Shown piece by piece: positions 1-15,699 of a DNA stretch of 64,000 nt (positions are counted from its first letter, which is position 1; the number at the start of each line of letters is the position of its first letter). The DNA is from Eledone cirrhosa (Eukaryota): the NCBI GenBank assembly GCA_964016885.1, contig OZ024741.1, positions 84,320,001 to 84,384,000 of the forward strand, in the 5' to 3' direction. The notes under the pieces were generated by a model that made no database searches, was not told the origin of the DNA, and saw only the letters and a program-made list of their open reading frames with translations. The translations under genes and the position numbers were made by a program.

Positions 1-3000
1 CTAACCTCCATCCGAATCTATGTTACCAGAGACACGGCATATTTTTGATGATAACTTGACGAAAACTAACCGTTAAAATCTGCACCCTACCCGTAAAATT
101 TGTAACATTTCGTACGCCAAATGTTAACATTAGCTCACATCTCACCTTATTTGCTGTTTCGGGATACGCAACCTTTGGGCGTTCTTGCCACACTTCCCAG
201 GATAGATCATAGCACCATCGTCAGACTTTTCGGCGTTAGAGTGAGATTGCAATATATTATATTAAATGGGTCCTTCCTCCTAAGATCCCCATGCCTCTAC
301 GCAAAGGAGGTGTGGTATGATTGTTATTATTGAATCTGACTATACTACAAGTGTTTATAGTCATATTCACGTCAGGCGCTAATTTGGTCATTTTCGCAGA
401 CCCATCTGGTGTAGGCTTTTTTAAGATAAGGTATTTGCTCTACATAATTATATATCTGAATTGTGAGAGTTTCCTTGTGAGCTAACTGTATCGCCCATCG
501 CTATATCTCCCGTAGTAGCTTTCCATTTTTTGTTCAGTGTTTCTTATTTATCCGTCGGGAGCACAGTTATGTTGCAAGTAACTCCTCGTATATGGGGGAC
601 GTATCACTATCAGCTCTGCCAAATATATGTAAAGTAATCAAATAGTCCCCTCATTCGTGAGAGAGATATGGGGAACTTTAAACCTAACGGTGGGGCCTAT
701 CCCCTCGCCATATCTGAGTAGAACTGATTTCTTTCTGGGGAGGGTAGAGTGATTGAGCGAGAGGAAGGGAGAAAGCAATATAGAGAAATAATCCACATCA
801 ATATTATTTTGTATTTATTTCAACCCAGAAATGAGGAAAAGCCAAGTTGATCTCGACAAGAGTTGAACAGAAAGCGCGCAGGGAATAGAAACAAATACCG
901 CAAATCATTCTAACAAATGTTCTGATGAATGTGCCAATACACCGACCATCAAAATATTACAGAATATAATTGACGTACAGTGATGCAGAAAGTATTTCAA
1001 AGTTTTATTTCATTGAATTTATTTAAAGTTCTTTAGTACTTTTTGATTGTGAAATGACATAAAATGAAATATTTTATTACAGCCAGCAATTTAAACACTG
1101 TATTTGAGATTGTATTTAATTAGATTATAACTTCAACACACATAGACTGACACGGGCGCATAGATATATACGCACACATGCCCTTATATGCATATATATA
1201 TGTGTGTGTGTGTGTGTATGTGTGTATGTGCGTGTGTGTGTGTGTATGTGTGCGGGTCCAAAATAAACTATGAATAAATCAACTTTTAAGGTCCTCAATG
1301 TCTAAAATGATAGGAAACATTTTTTAGAGCAATCTCGTCACTCATATTTATGTGGAAATAAACGAGAAACTCTAGATCTAGAAATAATGTGGAAATTGCC
1401 TGTAAATGAATGGAATCTATACAGTGAAATGAAAATTGCAGATAGTAAAGAAAGGAAACTATCAAAGGGTAGTAGGAGTTTTGAAAGCTACTAGATTATA
1501 CAGAGCTGTAGAAGGCACGTGTGTGGAAACGCTAAAAATGGCTATTAGTAACTCAAAAGACGTAAAGAGAAAAGCCTGTAAAAATAATAGCTGGAATATA
1601 TTGAAGTGAAATATCTGAAAATTACGAATATATTATAGAAAAACATTACGGAAAATTACTGAAACTCTTTGAAATCAGGAGAAAAACAATTGTAGTAAAG
1701 GAAATCGTTTTTATTCGTCTTTACATGGGTTATACCAACTACCGGTCACAATATAAATAACTAAAATAGGAAAGCTTAGTCAAAAAACTGATAAGAAACT
1801 GCGAACTATGATCTTGTAGAAATGAAAGCAAGTTAAAAGCTCAAAAAGTTGTCGAAAAATATTAAGATGTAAAATGTAACAAAGTGGTTGGCAAAAATGA
1901 CAAAATGAAAAAGTATGAAAATAACCGAAACATTAAATATTCTGAAATAAATAACGAATGAAATAATACCAAATGTAACAGAAATAGAATGAAAGAATCC
2001 GGAAAGAAAGAGTCAAAGAATGAACACAGTTGAAATGGTTTTAATAGCTAACAGAAAACAAGGAAAAATTGAACATATTAAAACTATAGATGAACCAGAA
2101 AATATAAAAATCCCTGAAACGGGGTAAAATACTATGTATAAACGTCATGGGTGTGTGTGTATGTATGTGCGTGCGCGCGCTCTTGTGTGTGCGTGTGTGT
2201 GTGTTTTTATGTTTCTATACATTTATAAGTATTTAATTAAACGTTTCCAATAGTAGCGCAGAAACCTTGAAACTATTATCATCTTTTAAGCCAATATATT
2301 ATCGCTCACACATGAGTATTGAAAGAAACTTGAAACACTAAGAATGTAATAAATTACAATGGGATTTCTCACTCTGAATAATAAGTTGATCACAGAAAAG
2401 TGGTTTTGGTTATTTAATTCATTTTTCTTATTGGAAAATGAAAAGCAACAGAAAAACAAAACAAAACATAATAACGAATGAAAATAAAATTGAAGATGAA
2501 AGTATATGGCTATAAAAAGAGGAAAATCCTCATGGAATAACTGAAAATTTTTACAATATGCCAGCCAGCTCATGAATGATATCAATACAAGAGAAAAATA
2601 GATGGCAAAATATCAATTTGCTTCACCAAATCTTATTGGCTTATTCTCAGAAATATATATTTTATTCTTTTCCCACGTAATTTTTCTCAATAAATCTAAA
2701 CTTGTAAAAGGGTCACTTATTCATGTTTTATATCTTAGAAGTTATTGACAGCCAATGGATATTAGGAATTCTAAACTGCCACCGTTCTATAATACATACA
2801 CATTCATGACTTTCTCCTTCACACTCAATGCTACAAAATCAGAAGAACTTGCACACACATTTCCATACTTCTGATGCATACAGAATAAACTAAATAAAAT
2901 CTAGAAACTAATACATTTATCAAACACATCATCTATTTTTGCTGTTAACATGTACAATAATACGTTCTGCATCTACTGGGATTCATAATACGCATAGTAA

Positions 3001-4414
3001 TGTGATGGATATGATGCAATTCTATCATAGCTAATATACCCATAAAAAGGAAAGTATATACTTAAGTTAGGTAAACTAAAATACTCTTTACTAAGTCTTT
3101 TTCTCAAAATTAGAGAAGTAATGTCTGTAGCGTAATGCCTAATGTATTCGATTATTTAATATATATATTACAAGTGGGTGCATTGGTAGATCTTCAGGTA
3201 AAATGCTATTGGTGTGTTTCTTCTGGCACTTTACATTCTGAATTTAAATTTGGAGGGTCAATTTTTATCCTCCCAAGGTTGAAATAAAATATGTCAAGTT
3301 CTGGAGGTTCATTTCGTCGATTTCGCCATTCCTCATGTTTGCTGCACTTGTGCCTGAACTAGTAAACATTATTTACTACAAATAAAAAGTTATATTGTGA
3401 ATGTATTGGTTACTGAGTGAATTATTAATAATAAATAACAGAAATGTCATATAAATACAGGAAACAAACTATAATTGGTGTTAATAGAGTTAACAAAGTG
3501 TATATTAGTAACGAACACTGACCACGTGAAAAAGAAAATCAGTATCAGTCAATGGCTTGATTATTTCTGTGAAGACTATTTTTCACACATAATGTCACTA
3601 TAATACCAATTTATGTCCACAGTTATCTCGCGTATTTGCCAAAATACTGACGATTTTATCATTTTTTCCAGATCTAATTTCTCTCTATAAATCTAGACTT
3701 ACAAACAGGTCTTTTATTCTTGTAGATAACTCTACTTTTTTGCCACATCTACACAAACACCTGCACTTAATTTAATATACATTGAATATGCTCATAATTT
3801 ATCTAATCATTTATAGGTAGCATCTAATTGAGTTATAGTGATGCCGTCATAACGTGAGCATCCTTCTAATTATCGGAGCAGAGACGATTTTTCCAATTTA
3901 AAGGAAGAGACAAAGGTAAGCTCGTCACAGTAATGGTGTTCCCTTCTATTTATTGACCTTGACATTCTAAGATGCAAGAATAATGCGTCGGATTTGAAAT
4001 CATAGCACGGTGAGATGTTTTCTTATTCCGACACCCTAACAACTCTTCCAAACCGCCGCTTTAAATATTTATAGACAGTTTTAAAGTTTTCAAAGAACTT
4101 TTAAATTAGGAGAAGCCCAGAGATGAAAAACATGCATTATGGTTAACTATCATGTATGCAATGACAACCTTTTACTACCCTTCATTACATGTGACTAGAT
4201 CTTCTGTGCCAAGCATCCATAAACTACAGTAAATGTTAAAGAAGTTGTGGGATTTACAAAATATTCAAATGTCATCGCAATATCTGAAAACAGAAACAGG
4301 TCGGTGAAAGAAAGAGTAAGACAAACAAATACTTGCACACCTGTGTTTATGTGTGTATGTATGTGCGTGCGTGTGAGTGTGTTTATTGTTGAGTGACATT
4401 ATATATAAATATAA

Positions 4415-4520
4415 ATCCTGCCGAGGTTAACTTTGCCTTTCATCCTTACGGGGTCGATAAAATAAAGTACCAGTAATGCACTGCAATAATTGCTTGCCTT
4501 GTGCCAAAAGTAGAAACAAT
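4415..4520 (+). mobile_element. Partial tRNA-derived SINE (Nin/Deu-domain family)
   Basis: AAATCCTGCCGAGGTTAACTTTGCCTTTCATCCTTACGGGGTCGATAAAATAAAGTACCAG...GTAGAAACAATT matches the full copies at 32653-33520. Confidence 0.85.
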
Positions 4521-4576
4521 TATATATAAATAACATACTGGATAGTACAATAATGATTTGTGAATACATATATTTT

Positions 4577-4674
<98 letters not shown>

Positions 4675-4717
4675 TATAGATATATATAAACCGGGGGTTA
4701 CTTCCCTTGTTGGAAAT

Positions 4718-4941
4718 AATACGTGACAGTGAAACACTGAGGTCTGCCAACGATAGCAGTTCAGCGTTACATTCCATATCCGCTTGAGGCATAGAACGAA
4801 ATTTCCTGTTCATAACGTGAAATCCTCTGTTGGATCATGGAATACCACAGGCTTACACATTATGTAAGCTAGATGGATGATTTCGAATTCATAGAAACCT
4901 ATCGAATGTATTGCAAAATATCGTTCGATATGGCCAGGTCA
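4718..4941. repeat. Dispersed ~220-bp repeat, copy 1 (copy 2 at ~6633-6854), unclassified
   Basis: Near-identical direct copies starting ACGTGACAGTGAAACACTGAGGTCTGCC and ending CGTTCGATATG.CCAGGTCA. Confidence 0.85.
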
Positions 4942-5142
4942 ATCGTCTAACCTGATTAGTTTTTTCGTTGTTTTTGGTATTGTGTGGCTAGGTCTGCCTA
5001 CCACAATTTTCAATTTGTCAAGCTGTTTAAACGTATGTTATTACTTTAAGCGCCTACCTTATTGAGTGCTTTGCTGCTCTTTCCTAATTGTATGTCGTTA
5101 GCTTGGCCATAGCCAAAGCTTCGATTTTACTAAGCTTCCACT

Positions 5143-5206
<64 letters not shown>

Positions 5207-5290
5207 GAGGTTATATTTAATTTGTTGGGATTCAACAAGCTTTAAAATGTTTATAACTGATATAAAACACTCAACTAGTTAGTGGAGTAA

Positions 5291-5560
5291 ATACACAATA
5301 TATTAATAAATGGAAACTATATTTATAAAACCATATTTATTTTATTATATATATTTCAAGGGCAACCAAGGCAAATTATGGTGCGCTTTCAGGAAGCTCC
5401 AACCGTTAAGGTTTTTTTCCGGGTATGTCAATATTTATTTATAAAACAAATCTGTATTTTATCTGATGAAAGCGCACCATAATTTGCCTTGGTTGCCCTT
5501 GAAATATATATAATAAAATAAATATGATTTTATAAATATAGTTTCCATTCATTAATATAT

Positions 5561-5567
<7 letters not shown>
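5291..5567. repeat. ~100-bp inverted repeat (solo PLE pseudo-LTR-like fold-back)
   Basis: 5291-5391 is the reverse complement of 5467-5567; the right arm overlaps a hammerhead motif. Confidence 0.9.
5455..5520 (+). ncRNA. Minimal type I hammerhead ribozyme
   Basis: Stem I TATTTTAT/ATAAAATA; CTGATGA at 5463-5469; imperfect stem II AAGCGCACCA...TGGTTGCCCTT; GAAA at 5501; palindromic stem III TATATA; AUA cleavage triplet. Confidence 0.8.
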
Positions 5568-5604
<37 letters not shown>

Positions 5605-6016
5605 TATACATCATGACATTCATCCTCTACATTATGAACCTAAGTGAAAATTTCCTCTTTCATTCATAAAACGTGATGAACATAATAAAAGCACTTTAAC
5701 CTCAAATTTAAATAGGTTCAATTTTTTTTTTCTCAGAGAGAAATTGACTGCAAATTTTACACAATTATTCTCTTTTGCATTCAGATGTGATACTTTTTAG
5801 AAATATAAAAACATGAAAATCATTTTAAAACAGTTTTAAAAAAGCAAACATTTTTAATTCTAAATAATTCAACACTTGAAGGAAATAAATGTCACTTCTT
5901 AATTGCTGCAAAGTAGGCTTAATTTCAACAAAGATCAAATTTATTTTCACTCATTTATGTTATATTATTTTATTTTATGTTTATATTCATTTTAATCTTA
6001 TTTTTCAATCTAGCAG

Positions 6017-6117
6017 ACTTCGAAAAATCAGTATGCAAGCTGTTTGATATTAAAATTCCTGGTGACAATATCAGACTATCAATAAAATATCTTCTATTTA
6101 GAATATCAAGACACCAA
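6017..6117 (+). other. Possible isolated coding exon
   Basis: Pyrimidine tract plus TAGCAG acceptor; open frame FEKSVCKLFDIKIPGDNIRLSIKYLLFRISRHQ; GTATGT donor. No partner exons established. Confidence 0.2.
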
Positions 6118-6196
6118 GTATGTTTTAAGAAGTATGAAGGGTGTTTATCATTATAGTCTGAATCATCAAAACCGTCTTAAAATGAAGTTTTATATA

Positions 6197-6587
6197 TACG
6201 AGAGTAATACCAAAAGTAAGGTCTCCATGGGGACGCATGAGAAACTGTTCGTACGGCTGTTGGCAACACTGTTGTGATTGGTGCTTCCTTCACTCCCAAT
6301 CAAGCATGCGCGCGCTTCGCTGGGATGCTCAATCTTGGCTTGACAGCCGTTGAGAATGGATCTCCCGTTGAACGCTACCGCCAAGTGCGAATTTCGCGCA
6401 GTTATTATATAGAGGGCAATCCTAAAAGTAAGGTCTGCTTCCGAGGAAACATGCGTAGAGATCGGCGGATCACTCTGGATGCTCTCTGCATTTTGGTTCC
6501 TGAGGTTTCCCGAAGCACCATCTACAGGATTTTAACGGAAAAGTTGCAATATCGGAAGGAGACCTTACTTTTGGGATTGTCCTCATA
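6197..6587 (+). mobile_element. Internally deleted mariner-like element
   Basis: TIRs TACGAGAGTAATACCAAAAGTAAGGTCTCC and GGAGACCTTACTTTTGGGATTGTCCTCATA in TA context; a third TIR copy at ~6409; transposase HTH remnant RRDRRITLDAL...VSRSTIYRILTEKLQYRK. Confidence 0.85.
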
Positions 6588-6909
6588 TATATATATTTAT
6601 ATATATGTAAACAGAGCTGCCCACAGAGATACCACGTGACAGTGAAACACTGAGGTCTGCCAACGATAGCAGTTCAGTGTTTCAGTCCACACCGGCTTGA
6701 GGCATAGAACGAAATTTCCTGTTCATAACGTGAAATCCTGTGTTCGATCATGGAATACCACAGGCTTACACATTACGTAAGCTGGATGGATGATTTCGAA
6801 TTCATAGAAACCTATCGGACGTATTACAAAATATCGTTCGATATGTCCAGGTCAGTTGTACGCATAGAAAGAGACACACACACATAAACATACACACACA
6901 TACTCACAC

Positions 6910-7001
<92 letters not shown>

Positions 7002-7291
7002 TGTACACCCGGAATTCGCGGTCCCAGTTATTCGCTGATGTTCCTTCGAAGTTAACATATAATTGTTCGTGAAACCCATCGCATATAGGCGGAATTGGAT
7101 ATATCATCCACAATTTTTTATGGCTTTTTTCGTGGCAATATACATTTTCTTAACGCTAAATTATTAATAACAATATACCGTATTTGCTCGTTGCATTAAT
7201 TGCGTCCTCTTTTTTTAATTATATTTTACGTTATATTTTTGCCTTTTATAGGCATTTCTATGGACCACGTCCAATATTCCTGGTGTTCCCT

Positions 7292-8978
<1,687 letters not shown>

Positions 8979-9749
8979 TTTATGGTATGAGCATGTTCGA
9001 ATATCCATTTACATGCGCCAACGAATAAACAAATATAAAATCAAAGTTGTTTCCAATATCTCAATTTTCCTTTTAATCCATAATATTTAGAATCTTAAAA
9101 CAATATATTATATGGAAATATACTTACATTGTGTTTTCTATCTATTGTATAATGACACATCTTTAATGCTTTTCCAATTGGGGTTTTTTTTTTCGTGTGT
9201 TTGAAACTATTTCACGTGGAAATAGGTATGTCAACACAGGCACAATACGTTCATAAAAACAAATATAATTCATATGACCAAAATTCAATTTCGATAGAAA
9301 ATATGATTCTTCAACGATTGATGTTCTAAAGAAAACTTGTAATTACATTTTACAAGATTCGCTCAAACAAAATGAAGCAATCTTTTTACATATTAAAGTA
9401 ATTTATTTCTTACATTTCTGATTAAGAGATTCATTATCCCAGCATTATATTTTGTTATGAATTAACATTTCCAAGAGATGTTTTATTGAGTTGATGAATA
9501 CATGGTAAGCAAAATTACCTGATTTCTTATGCCTCTTAGTTCATGGGGACATTACAAAATACCTTTCATTTTCGAGCACTGATAACTCTGATTACACCAC
9601 TGGAAATAAGCGCCTTATCTTTTAGAAATATCATTGACAGACCAGTTTGTCTTTGATGGACGGGTTTATGGCTTATGTACTTTATGAGTAATAGAATTAT
9701 CGTTTTATCTCTGTTTCACTATGCTTGTTCCAACTTATCCCGGTTACTT

Positions 9750-9955
9750 GCACATTAAGCAACTGGGAGTACAAGACGTGCATTTCGTAGATAAAACCCA
9801 ACCATCACCGGTGCTCATTTTCATTTGATAGAAATGAACCCATGTAAAAGGGAGTAAATTGCTCATGAACAAAGCACTTAACCCGGTCTGGGTATCGATC
9901 TCCCGACCTTATGGCCCTGATACCAGCACAGTAACCACCAGCCCACGTGCCGTCA
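9750..9955 (-). mobile_element. Old CORE-type tRNA-derived SINE remnant
   Basis: Reverse-strand tRNA-like head (plus strand GGTATCGATCTCCCGACC...TAACCACCAGCCCAC) preceded by a TTGCTCATGAAC core-like segment. Confidence 0.5.
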
Positions 9956-10059
9956 CTCTGTGTACTATTTAATTCATGAGAAACAGGCAGTTAAAGTATA
10001 ATCTTCACATGTTGTTTAGAACTTTGGAGACACGTGTTTTATCAACCAGAAAAACATAT

Positions 10060-10690
10060 AATAATTGTTTCTACTTTTGGTACAAACCAGGAATTACCCA
10101 GTGCATTACTGGTACTTTATTTTATCGACCCCGTCAGGATGAAAGGCAAAATGAACCTCGGCGGGATTTGAACTCAGACCGTAGAGGGACGTAACTATGC
10201 TGGAAAGCATGGCGTCCGACTCTCTACCGATGCTGCCAATCCACCGCCCTGAAAAACAAAAAACATAATAATTGTTTCTACTTTTTGGCACAAGGCCAGC
10301 AATTACTCAGTGCATTACTGGTACTTTATTTTATCGACCCCGTAAGGATGAAAGGCAAAGTTAAAAGGCAGATTTTAAACTGGTTTCTATATAGGTTAAA
10401 ACGTAAAGTTATTTTGATTGAAATTATATGTTTATATATGGGCTAAAAATAACAAAATAAACGTTTTACTAGCCAACAGGTGATAATGCACCCGCTACAC
10501 GTTCAACGTATGTCTTCATGTAGTATATTTCAAACAAGCAGCGTGACAGATCATAAGTATAAAATACGTAGATAAATACTCAGCCCTATAAATTAATAAC
10601 TGTTTCTACTTTAGGCACAAGGCCAGCAATTACCCAGTGCATTACTGGTACTTTATTTTATTGACCCCGTAAGGATGTAAGGCAAAGTTA
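10060..10690 (-). mobile_element. Three Nin/Deu-domain SINE copies (one full, two partial)
   Basis: Reverse complements of the SINE consensus at ~10060-10250, ~10268-10365 and ~10595-10690. Confidence 0.88.
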
Positions 10691-11178
10691 TATGTTATAA
10701 TTACAGAAATATCCACTTCAATCATATCTATCTGCATCATTAAGTTTTTATTTTGTCTTTGTTTGTTTGTTTTTTGGGGGTTTTTTTTAACACAATTTCC
10801 AATATCCATCGACAGAAGAACATTGAAAGATATTAGTGAAATTCGATATCATTGCAAGAAGAGCCTAATACCAAAATATTCAAAGAGACAATCAGACCAA
10901 ACGAGTTAACCTAATTGGTGAATTAGTGTTATCAATGTGTATTAACCTTGTAGTCAATAGCAGGTAAATGTATGCAACAATATAGCCAGCAATCGTTCCC
11001 CACCATGAATACCACCATCACCACCGTCACCAGTACCCTGACGAATATATATATGAAGTACTTTCGCTTATTACCTCAACTTCTCCCCTTAGTATATATA
11101 ACCTCACGTCATGATTGCTCACACACACACACTATCCCAGCCACCACATAATAAACACGTTCACATACATAAAGCCAT

Positions 11179-11214
<36 letters not shown>

Positions 11215-11409
11215 TATATAAATATAAATACAATAACAGAGATAGTTTAAAGCTAATCTCTGACTGGTAACCATCTCACTCAACAAACATTAGGTTATAT
11301 TTTAATATAAACCCAACTTAAGTGTTTGGGGTGCTAACAATATGTATTATGTGGAAAAGCCAGTTGTATTATTTTATGAGATATAATTAAAGTTAAAATA
11401 TATCTCTCT

Positions 11410-11534
11410 TTCCAAACAATTGTTTCATTATAAGTTTTCTACAAATTCGGAGAATATTTCCAGTTTATGTAGAAGCCTAATATACATTCATGTAAGAATA
11501 TATTTAGGTGGGCACTTATAAATCATCAGTGGAA
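11410..11534 (-). ncRNA. Type I hammerhead with long stem II
   Basis: Minus strand: TTCCA-CTGATGA-T.TTATAAGT...ACTTATAA.T-GAAA-CAATTG-TT-TGGAA. Confidence 0.78.
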
Positions 11535-12414
11535 GCCCATTAAACTTTGATATAAGAAAAACATTTCTTACCACAGTTAAAAATCGTGTCTTGTTAAGTT
11601 GCTCCTTCCCGCATCGAATGACCGGCAAACTTGAAATTCAAGCAGTTTTTGACTGAGGAAGTATTATAGCGTCACTAAGCGGGAAGGGGAGACAACTACG
11701 ATCCACGAAAGGAGGAAAAAAGAAAATAATAATATACACGTGGGTTAATCAGTTTTTTCGAAAACATTATCAATCCAACGTGTTAAGAACTCAATTGAAA
11801 TTAAAAAAATAAATATATGCGTGTATAAATTACACACGCATATAGATATTTTCTTAGGCTAAAATCAGAGGTTGTACCTGAATAAGAAACCGCATCTCGT
11901 AACCGTAGTAAATACGGAAATTTATGCTTTAAAGGGCAAATGGGAATGTAAATCTCCGGCCAAATTAAGAGTAAAATATTAAAAAAACGCGGGTTAATTA
12001 GTTATTTCAAAACTAATATCAATTCCTCGTGTAAAGAACTCAATTAATTAAAAAAAATAAATGTATGCATGTAATGATATACTTAGGCATATATATATTA
12101 TCTTAGGCTAAAAAACAGAGAAGTTACAACCAATAAAAACCACAATATCGCACAACAGTAATAAATACGGAAAGTCAAATTTATAAGGTACCTGGAAATA
12201 AACACCTCTGGCCAATCAAGAGTAAAATATTAATACAATAACAGAGATAGTTTAAAGCTAATCTCTGACTGGTAACCATCTCACTCAACAAACATTAGGT
12301 TATATTTTAATATAAACCCAATTTAAGTGTTTGGGGTGCTAACAATATGTATTATGTGGAAAAGCCAGTTGTATTATTTTATGAGATATAATTAAAGTTA
12401 AAATATATCTCTCT

Positions 12415-12539
12415 TTCCAAACAATTGTTTCATTATAAGTTTTCTACAAATTCGGAGAATATTTCCAGTTTATGTAGAAGCCTAATATACATTCATGTAA
12501 GAATATATTTAGGTGGGCACTTATAAATCATCAGTGGAA
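12415..12539 (-). ncRNA. Type I hammerhead, second tandem copy
   Basis: Same motif as 11410-11534, 1005 bp away. Confidence 0.78.
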
Positions 12540-12819
12540 GCCCATTAAACGTTGATATAAGAAAAACATTTCTTACCACAGTTAAAAATCGTGTCTTGTT
12601 AAGTTGCTCCTTCCCGCATCGAATGACCGGCAAATTTGAAATTCAAGCAGTTTTTGACTGAGGAAGTATTATAGCGTCACTAAGCGGGAAGGGGAGACAA
12701 CTACGATCCACGAAAGGAGGAAAAAAAAATAATAATATACACGCGGGTTAATCAGTTTTTTCGAAAACATTATCAATCCAACGTGTTAAGAACTCTGGCC
12801 GTGATCGTATATATATATA

Positions 12820-14300
12820 TAAGAAGGTAGACACCACGGCCTACCACGACATCTACCTTAAGGCAAATAAGAAACTCCAATGCTTACTTAAGCGTGAGGC
12901 CTTTCTCACCTTGTAGATCACAAGGTATACATTGATTCTTATCCCACTTGTAGACTACAGAACCCGGCATGTACGGAGATGGGGTTAGTCAGTAAGGCTA
13001 TACTTAAGAATACAATTAAGAATATTAGGACTTAGTCTAACCTGTCACAGTGGGAGAACAGTGGTTCAAATCTTTCAGCTCCACATTGTGGATTTTAACT
13101 CGTCGATCTCCACGACCCTGTTGAACAAATCCGTTGACTTTGCCACCACTTACACCGTCAATGATTTAGACAAGGAGATCATTGCACATTGCTGGAAAAC
13201 CTTCCTCTTCAAGAATGGAGTGGCCTGGACAAAGAAGTCAACTACTTCAGAACAATTCGACGTTTCAATGGGATCATTCGATACTGCTCATAAATGCGAC
13301 TTCGGTGGCTTATTTATTTTAGATACATTACGAACTAGATTCCCGGACTTCCACATGGGCTTATTCCGCGACGTGGGTCTGACGCTTTCAAGCCATAAAA
13401 GAGGTCACGACCTGGATCTTCACACACACACACATTTAGACGCTTCCATAAACTAAATGAAAAACTAAATTACATACACAAAGACTCGTGCCACCCATCT
13501 ACAGTCTTTAGAAACTTCGTGAAAAATATAGACACTGCAATCTCTAACCTCACTTTTAATAAAACGATATTTGACAGAACGGAAACCCTATTATAATACG
13601 GCGTTAGCTAACAGCGGGTTCGCACGACCAATTGCTGACTCCCCTACGAACGCCAATAACAATAGTAAAAGAAATCGTGCTAATAGAAAAATAATTAGAT
13701 AGACACTTCCCCATATGTCATAAATAGCGCTTCAACTTTAACAGAAACAGGGTGAAAGTAGGATACTCCTGTGCTGAGAATTTGAAGACCCACATCACAA
13801 ACAACCCCAAGAGCAGCACAACACAGGGATCCTCTTGCACACCTGCTGTAATTTACGAAGCTGTGATCGCTTCTAACCGACCAACTGAACATCAAGTGGG
13901 CAAATCCTATGTAGGTATGGTGGAAGGCTGGTTTAAAAACGCATCCTGAAATATCTGTTCACATTCAAATACCCCGACAAACCATCGTCCACGAAGCTCG
14001 CGAGCCATAATATCGTCCCTTAAGGACGTAGGCGTCGTTCACTTTTGGAAACACCTACTACGTGACTACAAAGCTCCAGACTGACTAACATGTATAATCT
14101 ATTATATTCTGAACGGAATAACATGAATAAACTATTATTCTGAGTTTCCATTGTTGTCTCCTTCCACCGATCAAAACGTAGGTTCCCTCCCCTTTGGAAA
14201 AGGACTTCTTCTACAAATGCGTATCCGTACAATCTCATTTAAAACGAGATGAAACAATTGTTCTCAAAAATGGTGAATTAACTGTTATGGAACTACTTCT
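12820..14300 (+). mobile_element. Decayed Penelope-like element, same family as 7292-8865
   Basis: RT remnants HIVDFNSSIS, FDVSMGSFD, LFRDVGL; GIY-YIG remnant VIYEAVI...SYVGMVEGWFK; 3' end GAAACAATTGTTCTC shared with 8817-8831. Confidence 0.9.
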
Positions 14301-15377
14301 ATATATATATAGTTACATAAGAAACACACAATATAATTATTTCATTACCACACTCTTTTTCCCTTACCTTTTCTACGGAAATACTTAATACATAACATAC
14401 GTAGATATAGAGAGATATTTGCTCACACATAACCCTCATTTTCCTACTACACGGATGCATATCCACTTTGTTGATTATATCGGTCCCACCAGACACACTT
14501 ATGGTTGCATCTTATACACATACATCTACATCCACGTTCATTATAATACCACCTATAACTAAACCGACCAGCTCCTCTTCCAATACACATTTAGATGTGC
14601 TGTCACATATGTGTTCGCTTATACGCAAACGCATATACATACCCTCAGGCATCACTCACCATTGACATACAACACGTCATGACTCTCACTTGAGAGTGAA
14701 TGTTTGCTGATATGCTTCCAAACATTTGCTCCGACCCCTACCACTACATCGCCCTCCACGCACACAGTGACTCCACACTTCGATGCACAATTGTTAGTTG
14801 TTGTCTCGCCACATCATCATACCTGATGTTAAACAGTTTTTCTTATGACCATCCCCCGAAATGGGACAAAGGTACGAGCATATTCATAACTGCATTTCTT
14901 TCACTACAATCCTTGCGACTTTTTCTACGTGTGCGCGTGGGTTCTTGTGCGCAACATTTCACACACACACACATATGTATATATTTATATAGCTACCTGC
15001 GTTAGTCATCTCTCGCGAGCAGACACGTTCACATCTGTGCACTCTCAAACTACCTTTTGTTACAGTCTAAAATACATTATGTATCAGCTTTGCTAAAACA
15101 GCACTCACAATTTGCAAGGAATATTCCCCATTGAAAACTTCTATATCATCTAAGATACTTACTAACCAGCATTTCCCACAAAATGCCTGACTGAACATAC
15201 GTCGTTTTTCCCCAAAAAAAATATTTTATTCGTTCCTACCTATTCTCCCTCTCAAACTTCCTATTTCGTTTTATTTTATTTCTCATTCTATCTTCTGATA
15301 AGTTACTAGTGTCCGAAAGTGTAAGACATTTTTCTTAGTCTATCAACTGTTAAAATAATATATTTCTTCTCATTATT

Positions 15378-15482
15378 CCCGCCGAGGTTAACTTTGCCTT
15401 TCATCCATTCGGGGTCGATAAAATAAAGTACCAATAATGTACTGCGTAATTGGTGGCCTTGTGCCAAAAATAGAAACAATCA
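15378..15482 (+). mobile_element. Partial Nin/Deu-domain SINE
   Basis: CCCGCCGAGGTTAACTTTGCCTTTCATCC...TAGAAACAAT. Confidence 0.85.
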
Positions 15483-15614
15483 TTGTATTCTTGCTTTGAG
15501 GTTTTCCTTTATATTTCGCATACATCTATCTCTATATATATCTCTCTCTATCTCTCCCTCCTTCACTCTCACCTCTCTCTCTATCTAAATATATATATAC
15601 ATATATATATATAT

Positions 15615-15689
<75 letters not shown>

Positions 15690-15699
15690 TATAAAAGAG

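Larger units (their letters stand above)
11226..12795 (-). repeat. Tandem ~1005-bp non-coding unit (about 1.55 copies) carrying hammerheads; third copy at ~24120-24750
   Basis: AATACAATAACAGAGATAG recurs about 1005 bp apart at near identity; flanked by (TA)n; internal ~250-bp diverged duplication at 11735-12230. Confidence 0.92.

Noticed and set aside
1-720. Complex sequence and the 70-aa ORF at 121-333
   Set aside because: Probably a decayed element, but no motif recognised on either strand.
920-960. CTGATGA at ~922 as a hammerhead core
   Set aside because: No stem II, GAAA or stem III follows; it lies in a decayed SINE head.
11650-11715. Plus-strand CTGAGGA...GAAA in the 1005-bp unit
   Set aside because: Stems I-III cannot be formed and the spacing is not kept in the third copy.
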